Source: a virus (Duplodnaviria; Caudoviricetes). Taken from it: a stretch of DNA of 37,686 nucleotides. Under the pieces are notes generated by a model that saw only the letters and a program-made list of their open reading frames with translations, did not search any database and was not told the DNA's origin. The DNA is taken from positions 1 through 37,686 of the IMG/VR virus record IMGVR_UViG_3300020042_002525. One strand, 5' to 3'. Positions 8,338 to 15,697 of the stretch are shown one piece after another. Each line of letters begins with the position of its first letter. The stretch's first letter is position 1. The position numbers and the translations under genes were made by a program.

Positions 8338-8864
8338 TGTACTTTGCTATTAGGATTCATTTGTACTAACTCAACTCCTGCTTTCTGCATACTTGCGTTA
8401 AGTCCTTTGAAGTCTTTGTTTATTCTTTCTACTGCGTGGCTTGCATGATGTGTAATCATATCTACACCATACAACTCTATACGCTTTGCACCCATATAAT
8501 ATGCTATAACGCAACCTACAAACGGACTTATAATTGATTTGTTTAATCGGTTGTAATCGTTAAGCTGGTAGTCGTTTCGTTCTCTAAAACCTACATGTAC
8601 TAACGGACTATTTACAGGTATGTTACGATGTGAGAATACACACGTTGTATTCGTTTGCGCAATAGTTTGCCACCTATTACCACCAAAGCTATGAGGCATA
8701 TCAAGGCATACCAAGTAAGTTGGACTATAATAAAAAGCAACATCATTAACTCCAATGGTAGTACCTTTATTTTCTTTAGGAGTAAACAAATGAATACTTT
8801 CGCCACAACCAAGCACGCTGATAGTTTCGCCTTCATGTATATTAATGTAGTCTTTAAATTCCAT
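8331..8864 (-). CDS. Maf/DUF115- or sialyltransferase-like (GT29/GT42-type) protein
   Basis: VLGCGES, IGVND, YLVCLD and AYYMGAKRIELYGVDM pattern. Confidence 0.65.
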   Translation of the reverse strand: MEFKDYINIHEGETISVLGCGESIHLFTPKENKGTTIGVNDVAFYYSPTYLVCLDMPHSFGGNRWQTIAQTNTTCVFSHRNIPVNSPLVHVGFRERNDYQLNDYNRLNKSIISPFVGCVIAYYMGAKRIELYGVDMITHHASHAVERINKDFKGLNASMQKAGVELVQMNPNSKVQW

Positions 8865-9063
8865 TATTCTTATGCTCTACATACTTAATAATAAACTCAC
8901 AATAGTCGCAACCGATATAGTCGCATATCTTAACTATCTCGCTAAAGTTAAGCTGTAACCCTCTATAAAAGTTTAACTTATAGCTTAACGACTGCTGAGT
9001 AATACCGAGTTCGTATGCTATTTGTTTCTGTGAATAACCGAACTCTTTAAAATATCTATTCAT
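8854..9063 (-). CDS. XRE/Cro-type HTH regulator (69 aa; start reassigned to ATG 9063)
   Basis: SQKQIAYELGITQQSLSYKLN...EIVKICDYIG; the ATG lies 4 nt after a TATATTTG element. Confidence 0.82.
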   Translation of the reverse strand: MNRYFKEFGYSQKQIAYELGITQQSLSYKLNFYRGLQLNFSEIVKICDYIGCDYCEFIIKYVEHKNNGI

Positions 9064-9067
9064 ACAG

Positions 9068-9075
9068 CAAATATA
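9068..9075 (-). promoter_or_regulatory. Leftward -7 element (TATATTTG) driving the HTH-glyco-sigma operon, leaderless
   Basis: Exact TAnnTTTG match; no clear -33 box. Confidence 0.6.
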
Positions 9076-9145
9076 GTTATAAATACAACACATTAAATAA
9101 TATTATAAAAAACAAATACTTTGATAATCAAACACTTACACTTTT

Positions 9146-9175
9146 AATATGTTAAAATATGTTAAAATTAACATA
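9146..9175. promoter_or_regulatory. Candidate operator array
   Basis: AATATGTTAA twice in tandem (9146-9165) plus palindrome TATGTTAA-AA-TTAACATA (9158-9175), between divergent promoters. Confidence 0.5.
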
Positions 9176-9177
9176 GC

Positions 9178-9211
9178 TTTGTTGTTAATTAAAATATTCG
9201 TTGTACATTTG
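9178..9211 (+). promoter_or_regulatory. Rightward early promoter
   Basis: TTTG/TTG at 9178-9184 and TACATTTG at 9204-9211. Confidence 0.7.
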
Positions 9212-9236
9212 TATAAATTAATTAACCAAAATTAAA

Positions 9237-9461
9237 ATGATTACTCAAAAAATAAAACAACACGAAACAGCAATCGAACTGTTACAAGCTATTGATCACT
9301 TCAATATAATGAAGCGACATACAAACGATTCAATAAAAGGTTCAGCTTCTTATTTTCCTGAACTTGTAAAAAAATACAACCATGACTTAATAATATACAC
9401 GATGTGTATTAGCAGATTAGAAAACAGATATAATAAATCAATTAATCAAATAACCAAATAA
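9237..9461 (+). CDS. Hypothetical early protein
   Basis: 74 aa; first gene after the promoter; A-rich leader. Confidence 0.65.
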   Translation: MITQKIKQHETAIELLQAIDHFNIMKRHTNDSIKGSASYFPELVKKYNHDLIIYTMCISRLENRYNKSINQITK

Positions 9462-9464
9462 CTT

Positions 9465-9707
9465 ATGAAACTAACTAACCTACTTACAGCAATCAAAGAA
9501 TTGTTAATGCCTACTAAGGCAATGCCACTTACAGATAAATGGCTAGAGCAAAACAAAAAAGAACTACGCAAAAAGATGTACGAAGTTGAGCCACCAGTTA
9601 AAGTGTGGAGTACATTCAATCCTATTGAGCGTAACTCTAACAGACCTACATGGTTAAGCAAATTAAACAACGGTCAAGTAACTAACCAATTTAAAACTAA
9701 GAAATAA
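9465..9707 (+). CDS. Hypothetical early protein
   Basis: 80 aa; tight operon packing. Confidence 0.65.
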   Translation: MKLTNLLTAIKELLMPTKAMPLTDKWLEQNKKELRKKMYEVEPPVKVWSTFNPIERNSNRPTWLSKLNNGQVTNQFKTKK

Positions 9708-9868
9708 TGAGCAACGAAAACGCAATGGACATAGCAGTTAAAGCTATCTTTGAAGTAATGAATAACAAGTATAACGATGAGATTAAGACTTTAGAGTTTG
9801 AGATGATACTTATGAAGTACGAAGCAGCAGTTATAACCAAAAAAATCGAAGCACATGAGTTACAATAG
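9707..9868 (+). CDS. 53-aa hypothetical protein not in the ORF track
   Basis: MSNENAMDIAVKAIFEVMNNKYNDEIKTLEFEMILMKYEAAVITKKIEAHELQ*; TAATG overlap; fills the gap. Confidence 0.65.
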   Translation: MSNENAMDIAVKAIFEVMNNKYNDEIKTLEFEMILMKYEAAVITKKIEAHELQ

Positions 9869-10319
9869 ATTCAAGTTCTCGCCACTTAAAGGCGATGTGA
9901 GGCTTCAATCGTTGGATGTTATTGGTTCTATTGTAGCAGATAAGTACAACATAAGTTTGGACTTACTTAAGTCTAAGACGAGAGTACAAAACATTAAAGA
10001 GGCAAGGCAGATAGCTGTTTACATCGCTTGTGGATTAACGAAGTTTACAATAGCTTCTATTGGAGAACATTACAATATACACCATGCAACTGTTATACAT
10101 AGTAGAAAGACTATTAAAAACTTATGCGATACTGAGCCAGCATTAAAGCTGTTAGTCGATGACTTAATTGTAGAATGTAAGCACAACCTTACACTGGATA
10201 GGGAGGAAACGCATGACAAATTTAAGCACACCATACACTTAGATAGTAGTAAGGCTTTGATACTTATAGGATTTAATACTAAAGAAATAGAAGTATTTAA
10301 AGTGCATAATAGTTTGTAA
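9855..10319 (+). CDS. DnaA domain IV (C-terminal HTH) protein
   Basis: ARQIAVY...IGEHYNIHHATVIHS matches the DnaA RQIAMYL...IG..F.RDHTTV.HA signature; no AAA+ domain. Confidence 0.8.
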   Translation: MSYNRFKFSPLKGDVRLQSLDVIGSIVADKYNISLDLLKSKTRVQNIKEARQIAVYIACGLTKFTIASIGEHYNIHHATVIHSRKTIKNLCDTEPALKLLVDDLIVECKHNLTLDREETHDKFKHTIHLDSSKALILIGFNTKEIEVFKVHNSL

Positions 10320-10343
10320 TTATTAAAATATATTTTAACTTTG
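10313..10343 (+). promoter_or_regulatory. Consensus Bacteroidota sigma70 promoter
   Basis: TTTG (10313-10316)-N19-TAACTTTG (10336-10343). Confidence 0.75.
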
Positions 10344-10364
10344 CATTAACCAAATAAATAAACT

Positions 10365-10877
10365 ATGGAACCAATTATTAACGAAAAGAATATCTACACT
10401 CAGTTACTTGAGTTTCAAAAGCTGGATATATCTATTAAAAAGAATGCGCTTAACCCTCACTTTAAAAAGAACTATGCAGACCTTAACGAGGTATTGGATA
10501 AAGTAAAAAAACCTTTGTTAGAGTTAGGTGTAATTATTATCTTTAAGCCACAACCTACATGCTTAGAAACTATTCTATTCCATGTTGAGAGTTTAACTTG
10601 GATTAATTCTATCATGACTTACATCGATATCGCAAACGCTCAAAAGTTACTTGCATGTAATACTTACTTTAGACGTGGTAGTTTAGTTAGCTTACTATCT
10701 TTAGAAGACGACGACGACGATGGTAACAAAGCAGTTGAGGTAGTTAAGCCAGCAATGACTGCCGAACAACTTGACAAAGCTAAGTTAGCTATAGTTACCA
10801 AAGCAGTTACAATAGAACAAGTGAAACTTAAATATAAATTAACCAAAGAACAGGAGAACTTTTTATGTCAGATTTAA
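10365..10877 (+). CDS. ERF-family ssDNA annealing protein
   Basis: KKNALNPHFKKNYADL and TYFRR.SL..LL.L.DDDDDGN. Confidence 0.85.
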   Translation: MEPIINEKNIYTQLLEFQKLDISIKKNALNPHFKKNYADLNEVLDKVKKPLLELGVIIIFKPQPTCLETILFHVESLTWINSIMTYIDIANAQKLLACNTYFRRGSLVSLLSLEDDDDDGNKAVEVVKPAMTAEQLDKAKLAIVTKAVTIEQVKLKYKLTKEQENFLCQI

Positions 10878-11326
10878 TTAAATTAGACTTTACACAAGTC
10901 AACAAATCAAACTACAAAGCAATGGCTAATCAGTTAGCTGAAGTTGTAGAGCAAGGTATTGTTGCGCCACTTGACGCATTCACTCGTTTAAAAGCTATTG
11001 AAGCTATGGTAACGGAAGCACGTAAACTTATAGAAGAGTTAGCTAAGGCGGACTTATCTAAGTACGATAAGCAGGAGAAAGTAGTCTTTAATGGCTACGA
11101 CTTATCGCAGCGTGAGTCAGGTACTCGATACGACTTTACTGCTTGTAACGATGAGGAATACAATCGCTCAGCTTCGATTATTAATATCTACACTAAGACT
11201 TTAAAGGAACGTGAAACATTCTTAAAGACTTTAAAGGCTCCAATGAATGTAGTTAACGAGGATGGCGAAGCGATAACTATCTATCCTCCTGTTAAGAGTA
11301 GTTCAACAAGTATAATATGTGGATAG
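10865..11326 (+). CDS. Hypothetical protein (recombination module)
   Basis: 153 aa, helical; overlaps the ERF gene. Confidence 0.65.
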   Translation: MSDLIKLDFTQVNKSNYKAMANQLAEVVEQGIVAPLDAFTRLKAIEAMVTEARKLIEELAKADLSKYDKQEKVVFNGYDLSQRESGTRYDFTACNDEEYNRSASIINIYTKTLKERETFLKTLKAPMNVVNEDGEAITIYPPVKSSSTSIICG

Positions 11327-11535
11327 TTTATTATTACTTCTACCTATCATTCCTAACGTATAGGAGTGATAGGATCACAGGTGAAGTTTACGCTAAACAA
11401 CCAACTGCAATACTTATAGTTGCGCCTTATGGTAGGTGTTGGATTAAAGTAGATAGCACTCAGTCGAAGTCTATCAATATGTGCCAGCGTATGAGCTGGG
11501 TGCGTAAAGGTGGTAAATGGGTAATAGGGTTTTAA
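11317..11535 (+). CDS. Hypothetical protein
   Basis: 72 aa with hydrophobic N-terminus; fills the gap in operon orientation. Confidence 0.45.
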   Translation: MWIVYYYFYLSFLTYRSDRITGEVYAKQPTAILIVAPYGRCWIKVDSTQSKSINMCQRMSWVRKGGKWVIGF

Positions 11536-11536
11536 T

Positions 11537-12178
11537 ATGAAGATACTAAATTTATACGCTTGCTTAGGTGGCAACAGATACAAATGGAATGAAGTCAATA
11601 ATGACATTGAAGTAACTGCTATTGAGTTAGATAGTGAAGCTGCAAGGTTATATCAAGAACGCTTCCCTAACGATATTGTAATAGTTGCAGATGCGCACCA
11701 ATATTTGTTAGACCACTACAAAGAGTTTGATTTTATATGGAGCAGTCCACCTTGTCCGAGCCATTCGAGAGCGAGATTTGCAAGGCGCAATACTACAAGT
11801 TCTGTTTACCCTGACTTAAAATTATACGAAGAAATTCTATTATTAGAAAATTATTTTGATGGTAAATATGTAGTTGAGAATGTAATACCTTTTTATGAGC
11901 CATTAATACCAGCTCAAAAAAGAGGTCGCCATTTATATTGGACTAACTTTACTTTGCCTAATGATTTAAAAGAAAGGAAGTCATCAATAATGGAGGGTAT
12001 TGATGAAGTTAATAAGTGGTGTGAGTTTCACGATTACGATTTTACTAAATACAAAGGCGAACAAAGATTAGATAAAATGGCACGTAATTTAGTAGACTAT
12101 GAAGCTGGTAAAACTATCTTTGAAACTGCTTTAGGTATTATAAGTAAATCAAACACTACTCAAATAGAATTATTTTAA
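11537..12178 (+). CDS. DNA cytosine-C5 methyltransferase (compact)
   Basis: LNLYACLGG (I), SPPC (IV), ENV (VI), QKRGR (VIII-like). Confidence 0.85.
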   Translation: MKILNLYACLGGNRYKWNEVNNDIEVTAIELDSEAARLYQERFPNDIVIVADAHQYLLDHYKEFDFIWSSPPCPSHSRARFARRNTTSSVYPDLKLYEEILLLENYFDGKYVVENVIPFYEPLIPAQKRGRHLYWTNFTLPNDLKERKSSIMEGIDEVNKWCEFHDYDFTKYKGEQRLDKMARNLVDYEAGKTIFETALGIISKSNTTQIELF

Positions 12179-12215
12179 CTAACACCTCACGATGTAGAGG
12201 CAATCGTATAATCAA

Positions 12216-12539
12216 ATGGAACAATTAGGATTAATTAAAGTAATCGGAGAAACGAAACAAGTTAGCGACAAGTTCAAACTAAGAGAGTTTGTAATCACTA
12301 CTGCTGACACGTACCCACAACACATTAGCTTCCAAGCTACACAAGACAAGTGCGCACTACTTGACACAATGAAGATAGGCGAACAAGTAACGGTACACTT
12401 TAACTTACGAGGGAGGGAGTGGCAAAGTCCTGCAGGAGAAACCAAGTACTTCAATACGTTGGAGGCTTGGAAGATTAACAAAGGTACTGCTGAGTATAGT
12501 GTGCCAACGTCTGATGGTGGAGATGACCTGCCTTTCTAA
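12216..12539 (+). CDS. Single-stranded DNA binding protein (DUF3127-like)
   Basis: FNLRGREW, YFNTLEAWKI and acidic DDLPF tail. Confidence 0.85.
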   Translation: MEQLGLIKVIGETKQVSDKFKLREFVITTADTYPQHISFQATQDKCALLDTMKIGEQVTVHFNLRGREWQSPAGETKYFNTLEAWKINKGTAEYSVPTSDGGDDLPF

Positions 12540-12549
12540 ATAGTTATTA

Positions 12550-12572
12550 ACACCCGATGTAGTGTCGGGTGT
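12550..12572 (+). other. GC-rich hairpin without a U-tract
   Basis: ACACCCGA/TCGGGTGT arms. Confidence 0.6.
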
Positions 12573-12602
12573 AATTTAAAATTAACCAAATAAATACAAA
12601 CT

Positions 12603-14783
12603 ATGAATTACAATGATTTTTTAGAAACTAAAAGAAAGACTTTTTTAGAGAGTGGTTTTGAAATTAATGAAGATGATTTAAATCCATTATTAAAAGACTT
12701 TCAAAAGTATGGTATTAAAACTTCTTTATTTAAAGGTAGGTTTGCTTTTTTCTTTGATTGTGGATTAGGTAAGACTTTCTCTCAATTAGAATGGGCAAAA
12801 CAAGTATCAATAAAAACACAAATGAAGGTTTTAATTTTAGCACCTTTAGCAATAGTTGAGCAAACAAAAAGAGAGGCTGTTAAGTTTGGTATTAGTTTAG
12901 ATTATTTTGATATAACTAATTACGATCAATTAAAAAATACTGATTGCTCTATTTATTCAGGAGTTGTTTTAGATGAGAGTTCTATTTTAAAAGGTAGAGA
13001 TGGTAAATTATCAAGTCTAATAATAGAAACGTTTAAACAAACTCCTTATAAACTTTGCTGCACAGCTACACCAAGTCCAAACGACCACATGGAATTAGGG
13101 CAGCATAGTGAGTTCTTAGGAGGTATGAGTTACTTAGAAATGTTAGCTATGTTCTTTGTTCATGATGGAGGCGAAACTTCTAAATGGCGATTAAGAAAGC
13201 ACGCTAAGGATGCATTTTGGAAGTATGTATCAAGTTGGTCTATGGCAATAGATAATCCAAGTAGCTTAGGTTTTAATAGTGAAGGTTATAATTTACCTGA
13301 AATAGAATATATTGAGCATATTGTTTCTGTTGAAAATAAAACAGATAATCTATTCGGCGATGTAGCTGTAAGTGCAACTGACTTGCATAAGGATTTAAAC
13401 AGAAGCTGGGATATGAGATTAGAAAAAGCTATTGAATTAGTTAATTCTAATAATGAACAATGGATTGTTTGGGGTTTAAAAAATAATGAAACTGATACGC
13501 TTTCAAAAAAAATAGATGATTGTGTAAATGTTCAAGGTTCTGATAGCCCTGAGTATAAAGCAAAACATTTAAATGGATTTGCAAAGAATGAATTTAAAAC
13601 TTTAATAACAAAGACTTCAATAGCTTCATTTGGTATGAACTACCAACAATGTAATCAAATGATATTTATGTCTTATGATTTTAAGTTTGAAGCGTTCTAT
13701 CAAGCAGTAAGAAGGTGTTATAGATTTGGACAAAAAAACAAAGTAACAGTTCATATTCTTATTCCTGAAAGCCAAACAAATGTTAGACAAACTATTTTAG
13801 AAAAAGAGAAACAACACTTTGAAAGAATAAAAGAAATGGCTAAATATTCTGCCGAAACAAATTATAAAACAGCTAAATCAAAAGTTAAAATTATGAATAA
13901 AGAAATTAAAACAAATGAATACCATTTGATAAATGGCGATTGCGTTCAGGAAACTAAAAAGCTAAAAGATAACTGTGCAGATATAGTTGTTTTTAGTCCT
14001 CCATTTGCAGAGTTGTATGTTTATTCTGATAAGGAAGAGGATATGGGTAATGTATCTAACTATAAACAATTTGAGAACCATTTTAAATATCTTATCCCTG
14101 AGTTAAAAAGAACTTTAAAAAGTGGTCGGATGTGTGCTATACATTGTATGGACTTGCCAATTCAAAAAGGCAAAGAAGGTTATATTGGTCTTAGGGACTT
14201 TAGCGGAATGTTAATTAACTGGTTTCAAAATGAAGGATTTATTTATCATTCTAAAGTTACTTTGTGGAAGAATCCTGTAACAGAAATGCAAAGAACTAAA
14301 GCATTAGGATTGTTACATAAAACTATAAAAAAAGATAGTATAATGTCGAGAGTTGGTATTCCTGACTATGTATTGTTTTTTAGAAATGAAGGAGATAATG
14401 AAACTCCAATAACGCACCAAGATAAAGATAGTTCTAAATTAGATTATTTACCTGTAGACTTATGGCAAAAATACGCTTCTCCTGTATGGTATGATATTGA
14501 TTATAGTAGAACTTTACAATATCGCTCAGGTAGAGATGGTAATGATGAGAAGCATATTTGTCCTTTACAATTAGATACTATTGAAAGAATATTACATTTA
14601 TATTCTAATGAAGGAGATACTGTATTAAGTCCATTTGGAGGTATTGGCAGTGAAGGTTGCTCAGCTATTAAAATGAATAGAAAGAGTATTAGTATTGAAT
14701 TAAAAGAAAGCTACTTTAAAATAAATGAATCAAATCATAAAGCATTTGTTGCAGAAAAAAATAGTATTTTAACTTTATTTTAA
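12603..14783 (+). CDS. SNF2-type helicase fused to an N4/N6 DNA methyltransferase (beta class)
   Basis: GLGKT, LDES, TATPSPN, QAVRRCYRFGQ; then INGDC, FSPPF, HICPLQ, SPFGGIGS. Confidence 0.88.
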   Translation: MNYNDFLETKRKTFLESGFEINEDDLNPLLKDFQKYGIKTSLFKGRFAFFFDCGLGKTFSQLEWAKQVSIKTQMKVLILAPLAIVEQTKREAVKFGISLDYFDITNYDQLKNTDCSIYSGVVLDESSILKGRDGKLSSLIIETFKQTPYKLCCTATPSPNDHMELGQHSEFLGGMSYLEMLAMFFVHDGGETSKWRLRKHAKDAFWKYVSSWSMAIDNPSSLGFNSEGYNLPEIEYIEHIVSVENKTDNLFGDVAVSATDLHKDLNRSWDMRLEKAIELVNSNNEQWIVWGLKNNETDTLSKKIDDCVNVQGSDSPEYKAKHLNGFAKNEFKTLITKTSIASFGMNYQQCNQMIFMSYDFKFEAFYQAVRRCYRFGQKNKVTVHILIPESQTNVRQTILEKEKQHFERIKEMAKYSAETNYKTAKSKVKIMNKEIKTNEYHLINGDCVQETKKLKDNCADIVVFSPPFAELYVYSDKEEDMGNVSNYKQFENHFKYLIPELKRTLKSGRMCAIHCMDLPIQKGKEGYIGLRDFSGMLINWFQNEGFIYHSKVTLWKNPVTEMQRTKALGLLHKTIKKDSIMSRVGIPDYVLFFRNEGDNETPITHQDKDSSKLDYLPVDLWQKYASPVWYDIDYSRTLQYRSGRDGNDEKHICPLQLDTIERILHLYSNEGDTVLSPFGGIGSEGCSAIKMNRKSISIELKESYFKINESNHKAFVAEKNSILTLF

Positions 14784-14796
14784 TTAACTTTACCTT

Positions 14797-14925
14797 ATCG
14801 GAGTAACGAACCGATTTTTAGAAATAGCAAAACATTAAAAGACTTTAGACCTCTAAAGGCTTAGTGTAAGGAGTTTTGCCCTTACTTGCTTCGTAAGCAA
14901 ACTAAGTCCTTAGGGGTTTTTTAAT
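14797..14925 (+). ncRNA. Structured cis-regulatory RNA (three-way junction, attenuator/C4-like)
   Basis: 19-bp basal stem 14847-14865/14901-14919 enclosing hairpins 14866-14885 and 14886-14900, then a T-run. Confidence 0.65.
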
Positions 14926-14935
14926 TAAACAAGCT

Positions 14936-15694
14936 ATGAATAAATTAGGTTACACATGGTATCCAAGAGATTGGGCAACATCAGAAAGCGTATTTGAATT
15001 ATCATTAAGTGAGCGAGGTTTGTATCGTGAATTTATAGACCTTGCTATGATGTCTGATAATAAAATAGATGTTAAGTTAGATGTGTGGGTTAGAAAGTTT
15101 TGTGTATCTAAAGAAGATATTAATTTAATTATTGATAAGTTAACTCAACTAAAGTTAATAAAAATTAAAGAAAATACTTTGATTATACCAAGTTGCGAAA
15201 GTCGTTTAGTATTAGTGCGTTCAGGTAGTAAGGGTGGTAAAATAAGTAAGCCTAACCCGAAGCCTAACCCGAAGCCTAACCCGAAGCCTTTTGAAAGCCT
15301 TGACGAAAAAAACGATAAGCCTATAGCGAAGCAAAGAGAAAGAGAAAGAGAAAGAGAAACTAAATCAATTAATAATGTTGAGAGTTATTTTTTAGATTTA
15401 GAAAGTTCAAATATTTTAATTGAAATAGCAAGGATTAATAACTTAGAGATTGCAATAGTAAAAAAGCAATTACTAAATTTTAGAACTTATGCCGAATTAG
15501 AATATACAGACTATAAAAGATTTGTTAATCATTTTAAGAACTGGTTAAACAAACAAAAAGAAAATTTATCATTAGAAGATATCTGCCCATACACACCTGA
15601 GCAAATGACTTACTTTAGAAAGCTATACCAAAGCGACTTAGGTTTACCTACTGCATTCGATAAACGTTTTACACACCTACTTAAAAACTATTAG
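14936..15694 (+). CDS. Replication initiator-like protein (DUF1376/YdaU-like N-terminus)
   Basis: YPRDW....LSLSERGLY N-terminus, low-complexity linker with DNA repeats, HFKNWL C-domain; precedes the helicase. Confidence 0.7.
   Translation: MNKLGYTWYPRDWATSESVFELSLSERGLYREFIDLAMMSDNKIDVKLDVWVRKFCVSKEDINLIIDKLTQLKLIKIKENTLIIPSCESRLVLVRSGSKGGKISKPNPKPNPKPNPKPFESLDEKNDKPIAKQRERERERETKSINNVESYFLDLESSNILIEIARINNLEIAIVKKQLLNFRTYAELEYTDYKRFVNHFKNWLNKQKENLSLEDICPYTPEQMTYFRKLYQSDLGLPTAFDKRFTHLLKNY
15248..15359 (+). repeat. Iteron-like repeats, probable replication origin
   Basis: (AAGCCTAACCCG)x3.5 at 15248-15289, AAGCCT at 15295 and 15317, then an (AGAGAA)x4 purine tract. Confidence 0.7.
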
Positions 15695-15697
15695 CCT

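Noticed and set aside
11318-11326. DnaA box-like TGTGGATAG
   Set aside because: Single copy with one mismatch, in coding sequence; expected by chance
14847-14919. tRNA
   Set aside because: Only two inner arms, an over-long basal stem, and no T-loop or D-loop consensus
15248-15289. Tandem repeats as a CRISPR array
   Set aside because: 12-bp units with no spacers, in-frame within a gene, and no cas genes
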